Origin: Octopus sinensis
Taxonomy: Eukaryota
Direction: 5' to 3'
DNA: 64,000 nucleotides
Assembly: GCF_006345805.1 (NCBI RefSeq)
Contig: NC_043002.1
Span: 76,694,001 to 76,758,000 of the forward strand
The first letter of the stretch is position 1, and each line of letters starts with the position of its first letter. The position numbers and the translations under genes were made by a program. The notes beneath the pieces are model-generated. The model did no database searches and had not been told where the DNA came from. It saw nothing but the letters and a program-made list of their open reading frames with translations. Of the stretch, positions 1 to 12,639 are shown piece by piece.

Positions 1-589
1 GCTCATAATAATGAAATTTTTAGTCTTCTGACCTTTGTTTCCTTAGCCCTTTCTTTGCTATATTGTTAACTAGCTTTTCAGTGTGTGTTATATTACAAAC
101 ACACACACACCTGCATATCATACTAAAGTAGTTTTGTGAGTTCTAAAGATATCCTGATTTCCAGAAGTTGCCTTCATCTCCACATATTTCATAGACGTTC
201 ACAGGAAATCTTGTTAGTTAGCCTCAGGTCGAGCAAACCAAACTCGGTACATTGATGATTGTCTTATCCAAAGTGTCCTCTCTACACCCGTTTAGCTTTT
301 GTGATTTGAAGAAGATTGAGCTGTTATTTTTAGCAGATTGACTAACGGCATAAATGCTCCTTTGTTAGCTGCTTTTGGTTAAATTATTTTGCGACAGCAG
401 AAATGCCTGGCTGTAGATGCAAACTTGATTTTGTTCGCATACATTTGTATGTGCGTATGTGCATATATATTTACACACACATTTGCTTCTCTGTTTGTAT
501 GCATGCATCCACATACACAAACTAAAGATGAACAGCAAAACAAAATCTAGTAATGATTTTATTAATGTTGCAACAGTTTACAGAACATT

Positions 590-593
590 TCCT

Positions 594-625
<32 letters not shown>

Positions 626-712
626 CTCTCTCTCTCTCCTCTCTCTCTCTCCTCTCTCTCTCTCCTCTCTCTCTCTCTATATATATATATGTATGTATGT
701 ATGTATGTATTA
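590..712. repeat. Compound microsatellite (CT)n with TCC interruptions, then (AT)n and (ATGT)n
   Basis: Direct reading. Confidence 0.95.
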
Positions 713-991
713 TTATTACTGGCCTAATTTTAGGGAGAAACATATTGATTTTATTTATTTTATAGTTTCAAGTCTGCTGAATAATTAAATTTGATATTTT
801 ATGTATTGTAAAGCATTGTATTGTCGAGTCCCCAAGGAGTGCCTGTGTTATCATAGCAATGCTAAGCAACCTCTCCCCTTAGAGACTATCCAGAAACTCT
901 GGTCTCATCATGCTAGTTTTTCACAGCTGTAGGCTTATTATATTTACTCTTTTCTATTTCTCCCTCTTTCCATTTATTTATTGTTCTAGAT

Positions 992-1355
992 CAGTGGTTC
1001 TCAACTGGGGGCTATATGCCCCCCCCCCCGGGTCCATATATTTTGTTGGGATGGTGGGGTTCCACACCACCAAATAGTAAATTTGGGATCCACACTAGTA
1101 TTTTAAGGGCTCCTGAGAAAATTTTGCTTTAGATGTATGTATTGGTATTTATTGCAGGAAACTGGTGTCTTTCTCTAACATTTTACATAAGCTCCAACTA
1201 CATGAGTTTTAATGTGTGAAAAGCAAAATAGGAAATTTGAAAAAAGTTTCTATAAAACTAGTTTTCAAACATCAAATAGCTATGGGGTTCCACCAGAATA
1301 AAATAATAATCAAAAGGGTCTAAAGATATAAACAAAAAATGGTTGAAAACCCTTG
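992..1355. mobile_element. Non-autonomous hAT (Charlie-like) MITE
   Basis: Ends CAGTGGTTCTCAAC ... GTTGAAAACCCTTG (degenerate TIR). The 8-bp flanks ttctagat and tcctaaat match at 6/8, consistent with a decayed hAT TSD. Confidence 0.75.
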
Positions 1356-3444
1356 TCCTAAATGAAATATTTCAACACTTTCTTTAGCTTTGGCATAACA
1401 CGGCATTTGAACTCTTACTTTTGCTAACTATTTTTTTTTTTGCATATATTTTTTAGTCTTCTCACAAAGCCCATCCCTTTTATATTTTTTCTTGGATTTT
1501 TTTTTTTGTTTTGTTTCTTTTCCCTATTAAGTACAGTCATTTAAGAAGCTTTATTTTTACAACAGTTTAGCTATTTTAGGATGCTATATTTTGTTTCCAC
1601 TTGATATTTTTTGTGTATTACATTGGGAAATCTCCTCTTAACATCAAGTAGCTCTTCCATAACTTTTTTTTTTTTTTTCAGAATTACATGATGCACATAT
1701 ATATATATAATAGTTTTTTTATGTATTTGTAACATTATACATAAATCTTCCCACACACAATTTTCTCTTACTCTCTCTTCTTCCCTCACTTCTTTAAATT
1801 CAAATTGACTTGTATATTGTCAATAAATCCTATATTTAACCAGTTTTAGTAACCTGTGTATGAAAGTGCAAGCATATTTGTGTAAGTAAACCTGCAGAAA
1901 TGTCTAGTAAATAAAAATAACCTATAATGTTTGAATGAACTTTTCTCTTTGAAGTTTAAACCATGAGATAATCCTGTGTTTGATCTATAAGGGTGTGTGC
2001 ATACATAGTGAACCCATAAAATTTTTCGCCAACCACTAAGTGACCTGGCAATGTGCAACTTGGTATATGTGTCTTGTGTGCACAATTTAAAAAAAAAAAA
2101 CAAATTTACAGAAACAAGTGAACATTGTGGAGTGAAGTGGATGGTTGAATATATGCGTCTGTATGTGTGAGATATACTTGTTAGTTGCTCCTTGAGTCAA
2201 ATAACATGAGTATGTTTCTGTGATATAAAACTTGTACTTCCCTACCCTCAGCCACTTATTGGCCACTTGACAAATCAGAGAAGAGCATCTTATATATAAT
2301 AGTCAGTCTAGTTTGTATTCTTGTGATAGCAGCTCTTGAAAAAATTAAAATTCCTAATGTATATTGTACTTTCCGTTTGCTGTTTTTGTGTTTTGCTTCT
2401 TTTTTCTTCCCCCCACTTTTTTTTTGTTTATTTCTCCCCTCCCTCTTTCTCTTCTGGTAATCTGTTAAGTAATTTCATTGTATGTGGTATTTTTTCTTTT
2501 TCTTTTCTTTTTATTCATTTTCCTCCCTCTTAAGATCTGACAATCCAAGGCAGTGTGATGAGGGCTATGGTGCTTTTAGTGGAAGTCTTATTCATCCTGT
2601 TTCAAACTGATAACACTTTAATTTACAGATCCTGACAAACTGAAGTGTTTTGTTTTTAACCAGTTAGAGACTAATTTTTCTAGTCTTTTAGCATTGTTCA
2701 GTATAATTGCTAATGTACCTACTACCTCCACCACCACCACCACCATCATCATCATCATTGAATGATATTAATTATATGTCAACTTGGCAAAAAGTCTTTC
2801 TTATACTTCTGCAGTTAGCTGATTAATAAAGTGAAACAACTCTGAGTGTACCTCTCGCTACTCTAACAGAAAAGGGTCCTTGTCTTGTTTCTTTTAAATC
2901 AATGAATATGAGCTCAGTGGTTACTAGAAACTTAACTGCCATATGAGAAGTGGGCAAAGCAATCAACAGATGGTGTGGAGTTGATAATAATATTAATTAT
3001 AATAAACTAGTTATGGGGCACTTAGAGATTGTGAGGGTTATGTTTCTTTACTCAGTATAATGATTTGGACTCAGCATCATAATTTATCGTTCGTTGCTGG
3101 CTTGGGTAGGATAGTTTGACAGTTCAATGACAGTATCCTGCTCTGCTGTCTGCTTTTGAATCCTTTTTTGCCAACACACTGTACAATGTGTGCTGGGTGC
3201 TTGTTTTTATTACATGAGGTCACCATACAGCTTGCAAGACTAAGATCCCTTTCAGCTGAGTGGGGCTACAGTAGGAGAGGCGGCTTTATGCTAGATGTAA
3301 GCTATAAGTATAAAAGAAGGGAGCATTTGAGTATCCAGTTTGTTCAACCATTTGGGCAATTTACTCATTGAACTAGCAAGTGGCTGAGCACTCCTGTGGA
3401 AGTCTGGACTTGAATTAAAACTACAGTTCATCTAACTAGCCTTT

Positions 3445-3915
3445 ATATAGTTTCTGTCTATCTAAATTCGCTGTTAAGGATTGAATCGATCTGAAGTTAT
3501 GTTAAATGCCTTTGCTCAAGGTGCCATACTAAGATCACTTCCTAGCTGTGTGTTTTTGGTTTCAGCCCCACTTTGTAGCACCTTGGGCAAGTGTCTTCTA
3601 TTATAGCCTTATAAATGGGTTTGGTTGCAACTGAAAGAAATCCGTCACACACACGTCTGTCTGTCTGCACATCTGGCTGTGTGAGTAAGTTCGTATTCCC
3701 ATCATCTTTTCGTGGGTTTGTAACCAACAGCATACCTGACAGTGTCGTTTGTTTTCAGTTCTTTATGTAAAACATGTCTAGACAGTTAATTGTTCACTGA
3801 CTTGGGAGATACCATGCTTTGAAAAATGTGGAGGCTACCAACAGGATGGATATCTGCCCATAGAAAATGCTGTCCCAATAAGCTTTATTGCAACCCAAAC
3901 CATAATGGAAAAGTA

Positions 3916-3920
<5 letters not shown>
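3445..3920. mobile_element. Two abutting SINE A/A2 remnants: antisense 3445-3535 and sense 3545-3920
   Basis: tagtttctgtctatctaaat...gctcaaggtgccat, followed by gcaccttgggcaagtgtcttctattatagcc ... catAATGGAAAAGTAGACAT. Confidence 0.68.
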
Positions 3921-4002
<82 letters not shown>

Positions 4003-4020
4003 TGCATATATATATATATA
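3919..4020. repeat. (TA)n(CA)n microsatellite
   Basis: Direct reading. Confidence 0.95.
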
Positions 4021-4182
4021 AAAATATGCATAGAGAAAAATTACATCTTTATTATAGATCTGACTTTATAAAGCCAAAAGTTGTTTCTATTGCATTAACG
4101 TATATAGAAAATGTGAAAATTAATACTCCTGAAAAAATGCTAACATGTTATCAAGGCGATCCAAAATTAATAAATAAATATA

Positions 4183-4966
4183 TATATAGTGCAGTGAATA
4201 TATTGTCTCCATTACATAAAAATATTTTGGAATACTAAAGGAGTAAATTTATTCAATAAAATCACCATAGGCTTCAACCACAGCCTCCAGACGACTTCGG
4301 AATCTCCTGCAACTCTTCTGGACCGTTTCTTTATGTTGGTGAACACTGCCATAATCTTTGGTGTGTTACAAGGAGTTTTGTTGGTATCTCGCTCAACTGT
4401 GCCCCACACATAATAATCAAAGAGGTTGTGGTCTGTGGAGTTGAGTGGCCAGATGTTAGGGGTGATGTGGTTGCAGAAATTGTCTGACGGCCACAACTGG
4501 GTTCACCTGCATGTGTGGCATGGTGCAGTCCTGTTGCCAGACATGGGGTTTTCCAGTAGCCACCCCTCTTGACCCAGGACAGCATTACATCTTCCAGGCA
4601 CTTGATGTAGGCTTCCTCTGTGTTGTATCTAATGCCATGTGGAAAGATGGAGCCATAACATCGCCATCACTAGTGACCACACCATGATGTTGACTGAATG
4701 TTTGATTTTTATCACTCTTGGTATATACCCTCTGATAGACACCCAAACACATGTTTGTATTGGAGTTTCCAGTGCAAATGCCAAGCAGTGCAGCATGTCG
4801 TTTCCAAATTTCTGGCAGAGTCAATTGCATCATGGTGCTGTTTTTCTCACAGATGGTACCCAACAGACCCTACTATATTGTGTAGTCAACAAAATCAAAA
4901 ACAAACAATTTGCATGCACAAAATTAAAAATATAAAATGGCAATAATTTACCCATTGCACCCTGTA
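4183..4966 (-). pseudogene. Decayed, internally deleted Tc1/mariner transposon with a DD37D (maT-like) transposase remnant
   Basis: Minus-strand frames, with several frameshifts, give VVTSDGDVM, IFPHG..NTEEAYIKCLEDV, HVWQQD, APCHT, WPLNSTDHNLFDYYVWG. I count 37 residues between the second and third Asp. TIR TA-CAGGGTGCAATGGG at 4951-4966; the other end is degraded. Confidence 0.88.
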
Positions 4967-6359
4967 TGTATGTATGTATGTATGTATGTATGTGTATAAA
5001 CAAATAAAATGTTTCATATGATGATAGCTATTTACCAAACAGTATCACCTTAGATTTTCCAATTACTACATACTCAATCAAGGGGCACAAAAACAATAAG
5101 AATCTGCACTATCCTAGATAAGCAAACCAAATCAAATAAGGCAGCGACATAAGCAAACATCTCAACAAGAACGAAGCTCATTTAATATAACCAGCAGGAC
5201 TGGCTTTTCCCCCCCATATGCTATCAATTGGATATCGACATGACATCTTACAACAGCATCACTACGTCAAGTAGGATCGAACGTCATTATGATTTCGCGC
5301 ACGCGCACACACACACACATTGTTGGGTTATCGCTAGTTTCCTTTGTATTTGATTACATTAATAAAGCATTCTGTGTAGTTATTAACCTTATATTACATA
5401 TCAAAGTAGTATGTGTAATATTTCTGTTATTGCTTATAAAGTGTATAGTTGACTTTGTTTGACATTTGGTTAGGCTGCAGACCTTAATCATTTTACTATA
5501 GATCGGCACGGCCAATGTTTTCCTTTTTCCTCATTATATTGCTAGGTTAACTTAATTGCTTCTATACTCCAGGATATTACTGATACTTAAGAGTTACTGA
5601 CTTGTTTCTGACTCATTTTCCCATACTAGTTTGTCTAAATTTTCGAAATCATACTACCACCATTTATGTTTTACTGGTATTGTTTTTACCTAGTTCATGT
5701 GTCTTTACATATAAGTATGAATAGGAACCTGTTAACAGGTTGTTGAGAAAAGTACATTCATAGCTAGACTAAGATTTGAACCATTGTCAGTGGTTCACAG
5801 TGGTCTAGCTAATTTGCTTTATGTGCATAATTTTACTGATTTGTCATTGGACTGTGGCCATGCTGGTGTACCACCTTTATGGAGGGTATAATTGATAATT
5901 TGGAACCTTGGTACTTACTTTACCAATCCTTGGAAGCACGAAGGCTAAGTTAACTTCCTAGTATATGAACTCAAAACATAAGGCTATAACCAAAAATATA
6001 TTTTGTCTAAAATCTCTACTGATTATACTTTCCACTGCCACACACACACAGACTAAATAGCTACACATCTGTATATACGATTATTCCCCCCACCTTAATG
6101 TCTGCACAAACATTGCCTGATGAATAGAAAAGTGGAAACCAAGTCCTGAATTGTTAGATTTCATCTCTAAGTATTTCTCACATCTGCACACATTCACTGC
6201 TATATTTATGGAGACTACACCCAGGCACCTCATCTCCATTCGCTTTTCCTCTTTCCTGCTTGAGTTACCATGTACCTCCTCCATAGCAAAACCACCTGTT
6301 CCTGTCCTGCTTTCATACTTTCGCCTTTCTAAACCCAGCACTCTCACACTGTGAATGGG

Positions 6360-7060
6360 GCTTGTCCTGCATAATACTTGGTGACCCCACCAGTGCTGGT
6401 GCTACAAACATGAAAAAGAAAAAAAGCACCTATTACCCTACACTTTGTAAATAGGTTGGCATTAGGATGGCCATTTGGCTTTGGAAACCATGCCAAAACA
6501 GACAATGGAGACCAACATTGCCCTCATGCTAGTTGAATCCTGTCAAACCATTCTATCTCATGCGAGCATGGAAAACGGATGTCAAAACAATGGTGATGGC
6601 ATCAAGATGGGTGAGTCCGAAACATGTTCAGGAGATTGTTATATCCTCTACTTAATGTTACCAGCTGGTCATTAAAGCTCCATCCCAAAGTGATCACAAG
6701 CAGTTTCCACTGGCATGTAAAAAGCACCATTCAAATGGTGATTGTTACCAGCGTCGCCTTACTGGCACTTGAAAAACAATTGAACGAGGTTGTTGCCAGT
6801 GCCGCTGGACTGCCTCCTGCGCAGGTGGCATGTAAAAAACACCATTCGAGTGTGGTCGTTGCCAGTAGCACCTGAATAGCTCTCGTGCCGGTGGCACGTA
6901 TGAGCACCCACTACACTCTCGGAGTGGTTGGCATTAGGAAGGGCATCCAGCTGTACAAACTCTACCAGATCAGATTGGGGCCTGGCGCAGTCATCTAGTT
7001 TAGCAGTCCTCAGTCAAATCGTCTAACCCATGCTAGCATGGAAGGCGGACATTAAACGAT
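6360..7060 (+). mobile_element. Two tandem 3' ends of an RTE-like LINE or LINE-tailed repeat
   Basis: ggttggcattaggaagggcatccagctgta ... aacccatgctagcatggaaggcggacattaaacgat, an earlier degraded tail at 6455-6600, and internal subrepeats ggtggcatgtaaaaa(g)caccatt. The ggaagggcatccagc motif resembles RTE-clade 3' UTRs (from memory). Confidence 0.7.
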
Positions 7061-7065
7061 ATATA

Positions 7066-7107
<42 letters not shown>

Positions 7108-7364
7108 TATATATATATTAAAGATGTTATAATTCTGGAGTGAATGGTATATGACAGTACAAGAGATGTGGCACAAAGCCAATGATTATGATGGGTCAAT
7201 GATTTCATTTTAAATGGCAACATAAAGTTTTGATGCATTTATATAATGTGTCCACTTCAATTATAGAGAGCAGACGAACAACCAGAATACAACTTATTAC
7301 TTAAGGGTTCTGAAGTAAGAGTTGTAGTCACTTCTCACATTATAATGTGTTGTAGTCATTTGTA

Positions 7365-7660
7365 CTCTCTCTCTCTCTCTCATTCTTGTGTTAACGCATC
7401 TTTGCACATGTAGAGCTATACACACACAGAAACTTTTTTTGTTTGCATCTGCACACATGCAAATATAAATGCAGAAGCAAACATGCATATGCAAACACAC
7501 ACACACATGGATGTGCAAATATGTACACAAGCACACACATACACACTTGCAAGTACATGCACAAGTATATGCATAAGTAAATACAGACACATGCACACAC
7601 ACATGCATATATTACATACACACACACATACATATGTCTCTGTGTGTGTGTATACATACA
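7365..7660. repeat. Degenerate (CT)n/(CA)n/(CATA)n low-complexity tract
   Basis: Direct reading; the source of several spurious ORFs. Confidence 0.85.
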
Positions 7661-9217
7661 AAAATCAAAGTGTGGTGAATGAAGAGGAAACCATTCAAAA
7701 TATAAACGCAAAGTTAAAAAAGAAAAAAAAAAGATAAAGTAAACAAACAAATGTAAAACTTCCATGGAATTTTCTGGTTGTTTGCAGTTTATGTTGGTGC
7801 TTATTTCTCTGTCTGTGTGTCTTAGCAGTAAGCATTGCAGAGGAAAGTGGTGACGGTGGGGTTTAAGAGTTCAAAAAAAAAAAAAAAAATCATTCCTCGT
7901 TCTTACAGGAGCCTGCTTCCTTCTCCTCTTTTAGTATTTCTGTCAAGGAAAACATGATGGTGGATGTTGATGGCGATCTTGAACTAATGTTTATATAACT
8001 TATCTAATCAAACTATATCTTTTTAGAAGCAAATTTAATTTAAAGTAGTGTATGCATTTTGGCAAAGTTCGTTTTTATTATTTTTATTAGTAGTTCTATT
8101 TGTATAAACTCTGTGTATAGATATTTCAATGTAATAAGTTGTGTCATCTCTTTGAGTTTACTTCTGTTATTTGAGTTGTTAAGAAGAATTATTTTTTTTC
8201 CTTCAAGTTCTCTTTTTGTTCTTTTTGTTTTTGTTTTTGTGGAATTTATCTTTGTTGGGTCTTTTTTTTTCCTCTTGTAAACTTTTCCTTCTGCCCCAAT
8301 GTTTTTTTTTTTTGTCATTCCTTTAGAAGTAAAATAAACAAACATACAAATATTCATTTATTGATGAGTCAAAAGTGGAATGAAAACCTCCCCCAAAAGC
8401 AACAAAAAACCTCCTTAAGATATTTGAGCAAATATGTGTGTGTCTGTCTCTGTCTAAGTGTGTACATGTTACTACGTTTGTGTCCATATCTAAATGGGTG
8501 GTGTGTGTATTTATTTTACACACACATAGATGTCTTCCTCAGACAGGTTTAGTTATATTTTATTTGTTTTCATTTAGCTAAAATATTTCTCTCTGCAAAT
8601 AGTTCTTGCCAATCTTAAATGTTGGTCGGTTTGGTGCTTTAATATAATTATTTTTAGACACACACACACGCAAAAACTAAATGCATAGAATGTATTTTAA
8701 TAATTATAAAACCTCGCCCCCCTCCCTTTTTTCTCTCTCTCTTTTGCAAGTTTTCACATTTGATACCTTGTGAAAATAAAACTTTTTTTTTTACATACAT
8801 ACACTTCTTTTGTATAACTTTCCTATTTTAATGTAACTTTAAATAACTATGTTAACCTAAACAATTTTGATGTGTGTTTGTGTGTTTTTGATTATGATAA
8901 AATCGTTTTTACTTATAACACTAATTATTCATATCATCAAAAAAGCAAAATTATTTGTATTTTCAAATTAAGTAGACCTGTAACACATACTTAATAAATT
9001 GTTACTTGCAATCTATGACAAAATTTGAACCCGGGCCTTGAATACAGTGGAGCCTTTGAAAATTAGTATACAGAAAAGGAAGAAAAGCTTTGTTATGGTT
9101 TATGGTATCAGAATAAGGAATCTGGGTAGGGATTATCTACTGAAATAGTGAGTTCTTTAGATTTATGTAATTTGTCAGAAATGAAATAAATTATTTATTA
9201 ATATCATCATCATCATC

Positions 9218-9395
9218 AAAGGTAGTGAACTGGCAGAATCACTGACATACCAGACATAATGCGTAGCAACATATCCAGCATTACGTCTTGAGTTCAAATT
9301 CTGCCAAGGTCAGTTTTGCCCTTTATACTTTCGGGGTTGATAAAATAACATATATCTAATATCACCCCCCTCCCCTCAAAATTGCTGGTCTTAAT
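9218..9395 (+). mobile_element. SINE family B copy
   Basis: aaggtagtgaactggcagaatc...gagttcaaattctgccaaggtcagttttgccc...tttcggggttgataaa. Confidence 0.8.
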
Positions 9396-9402
9396 TAGAC
9401 AC

Positions 9403-9433
<31 letters not shown>

Positions 9434-9499
9434 TGGTTAGCTTGGACTTCAAATAGTCTTAGAGCAAACCTACATTTCTACACAGGAATAACATGCCAT

Positions 9500-9590
9500 A
9501 AGTCATCATTTAACGTCTATTTTCCATACTGGCATGGGTTAGACAGTTTGACTGGAACTGGTAAACTGGAGAGCTGCACCAGGTTTCTGT
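9500..9590 (-). mobile_element. RTE-like tail fragment, antisense
   Basis: catcatttaacgtctattttccatactggcatgggttagacagtttgac. Confidence 0.7.
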
Positions 9591-11559
9591 GTAAGAGAAT
9601 ATTTCAGTAACATTAAAATCCCACAGTTGAACTGCAAATGTTTTATTAATGTAAAAAAACAAAAAAATCAAAAAAAAAAACTACTAAGCATTTTACTGGA
9701 CTCAGTTGTTTTTTGGTACATTTTTAAATGTTTAAAAGTTTTTTTTCTAATGTAACATGTAGATAAGTTTTTTGACATCAACTTTTGACTGTTTTTTTTT
9801 ATCTACCTTGTAACACACATACAATGAATAGATAAACTGTTTATTATGTAGTACCAGGCAAAGTAGGTAGATAAAACAATGATAGATGAGATAAAGAGTT
9901 CTCAAGTTGGACTGGTTTGGTGGTGGTGGGGAGCAGTGGAGAAGGTAACTTACTTCACCAATCTAAAAACATGATTTGTTAATATTGTTATCACAGCAGG
10001 ACCTAACATTGCAAACGGCTACTTCAATTCATTGCTATGAAGAGTATTTCTAGTGGGACTTTGGTGTAGCCCTAATCAGTATTAGGTTCAAATTTGGGAC
10101 TGGGAAAATTTGGTCCAGTCCTCACCCGTTCTGTCTTGTGTTGTTGGTTGTTTTTTTTTTTTTTTCTATTTTAGACATAAATAAATTATCAGAACAATGT
10201 TCTTGTTCATCTACAATTATTCTGTGGTTAAGTGAGTTATGTAACTTTTTTTTTTTGACTGCATTGTAAAATACCTTGTCTAAGGGAGACATTTTAATGC
10301 TTATCACAGTATTTTCAATATATGAAATGTCAATCTGTATTACAGCTGAAATATTATTATTAATCATCAATAACTTTGGCTTTTCTATGTTTTTTTGAGT
10401 TAAGTTTCAACTAATTTCAGCAGTATCCTTTTTCATGTCTATATAGCTTTTACTGTCATGTTTCCTCCATATACCACTTACTCACACCACACCACACACT
10501 TGTGATACTTAAGTAGCAAATGTGTATGACACTCCTTGTTGATTTAGTAGTCAAAAATTTGGTTGTTCTTTATATAAGTGCCTTTATAGGATACCAAATA
10601 CGGAGTTTTTTCAAAAATATAGGCCTGTCACCTTTTTTAAAATATTTCCCCCCCTATATCCCTTTTTGAATTGTAACTAACAAATCACTGTTCATTACAT
10701 TTTCTGTCCACACTACCCCTTAAGCCACTGTTGAATTAACTGTTCTTAGAGAAGAAAAGCTTTGACCTATATTGTAAACTGGTCAGTAACACTTGAAGAG
10801 TGAATACACACACTAAATATGGTTGTTATGTATCTGCTTAGTATTTTCGTCACCATTACAACCAGCATTTCTCTACATCCTGTATTTGAAGAGTTCCTGC
10901 TTTGAGAGAGAAACAGAATGAGTAAGCCTCAACAATCCCTTGATGATTGTAACAATTAACCAAAGGTTTTATGCAACCACTGAACATGTGAGTCAATTGG
11001 TTGTGGTTATATTATAGTCTGATAAGTGCTTAGAGCATGAGAAGTATTATTGTGTGGTGGTGGTGGTCGTCAGTTGAACTGTTCAAGTAAAAAATTAGTG
11101 CTTATAATATTTTGTTTCTTATCTTATTTACTTTTAATTTTTTCTGTGAACCTTTCCCAGAATTATTTGGCAATGAAATAAAAAAAACTTTCATTTAGTG
11201 GTTGATTAAACTGATATCTTGTGTTCAAGACACCTGATACTAGCTTTGAAAATAATAATCTGCAGCAGCAGTAGTAAATAGTCCTTAGAGAAATAAAAGA
11301 AAAAAGAATTCTTAAGAACTGGTACTTAAGCAAAGTGGATCTTGGTCTAGTATATGGCTTACGTTTAGTGGAATGTTCTTGAGGGTGTATTGGTTTGGGG
11401 TTCCTGTCATTAAAAAGAAAAAAAAAAACTATTAGAAAGTCATTATTATGTCTTAATTTCTATTGTGTTGTACTTCATATCAGGCTATCTTTCTCCATTA
11501 AAGAAAAAAAGGATGCTGTTAGCATTCCCCAATGATCCTTTTTTAAAATCAGTTCCAAA

Positions 11560-11712
11560 AGATACAGAAAGAGAATTCATGCCAGCCCCTTAACTAGTAC
11601 TTGATCAATGTCAGCTGAACCTCAGTGGGATTTAAGCTCAGGATGCAGATAGACAAAGAATACCACTAGGCATTTTATCCAATGCTTTAACAGCTCTGTC
11701 AATTTGTTACCA
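11560..11712 (-). mobile_element. SINE family B copy (degraded, antisense)
   Basis: gggatttaagctcagga...gaataccactaggcattttatccaatgctttaacagctctgtcaattt corresponds to the family B head. Confidence 0.6.
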
Positions 11713-12594
11713 CCCGACTTAAACTAATCTATGGATTTTACATGTCAGAAACAAGTGTTTGCATACATGCTCTTCCTTTTTTCCAGACTATTTCTTTTTA
11801 CTCTGTCTACCATAGTAGATTCACATTCATGCTCACAATTTTAGGATGAGGCCATGTTTTGTTATTTTTCTTATCTAACTATATTACTGATATTTGGTAA
11901 TGTACTCCTCCTAACATAGTGGAATAAGAGCCTAAGAGCTTCTCTCCAGTCTCTCCTATCAAAGAATTTAATCTCAGAACTTGAAAATCTAACAATATAA
12001 ACTAGACCTGCTCCCAACAATCTATGCCACATTCTGTGTGCGCACACACACACTCACACGCTCTCTCCTTCTCTCTAAATAGACAGTTGGTTGACTTATT
12101 GTAATCAGTTGTTCATCAATGGTTGGTAGCCCTGTTAACTTTAGGAGTCCGAAAGGATACTGGAGGTTTTGTCATACATGCCTTTCCCAAGGGTCATAAG
12201 GTCATGTGAAAAACATTCTCTCCCGACCCCACTTCACCCCATCCATCACATTGTCAAATTCACTTCTTCCTAAGTTGGATCTGTCCTGGTTACAGCCTGC
12301 TAGCTACAACCAGCAAAAGATATCTTACTGCTCAAAGGTTGTTTTTTGGTTCCTTAGAATCCCTTTTTATATTTATATTTTCACATGCAATAGATAAATA
12401 AATAAAAAATATTTGCATTATGGGCTAAAAAGTCTATTTCTTGTTTTAAAATTGATTATTTCTAGTCGGCTAGGAAAAGACTTAATTTACACTTTGTTCT
12501 ATTATTTTGGCAATTATCATTAAATCGCTTGTAATTTTATATATTGTAGTAGTATTAGTTGATAATAAATCATAATTTTTTTTCTCTTTTGCAG

Positions 12595-12639
12595 TACTAT
12601 GAAATGTCATATGGTTTGAATGTTGAAATGCATAAACAG
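12595..12639 (+). CDS. gro: Groucho/TLE exon, Q domain (YYEMSYGLNVEMHKQ), 45 nt, phase 0-0
   Basis: ttttgcag acceptor and gtaaat donor; peptide nearly identical to the TLE Q domain. Confidence 0.97.

Noticed and set aside
459-788. ORFs rich in SL, YI, CV or HT dipeptides here and at about 3800-4070, 7300-7760, 24390-24760, 26830-27050, 32130-32410, 52650-52890 and 57970-58200
   Set aside because: They are translations of dinucleotide microsatellites, with no homology or splice context.
1-12594. Search for the upstream Groucho exons (FKFT..., SLKLECEKLA...HYVM)
   Set aside because: Not found by eye; they are presumed to lie 5' of the window.
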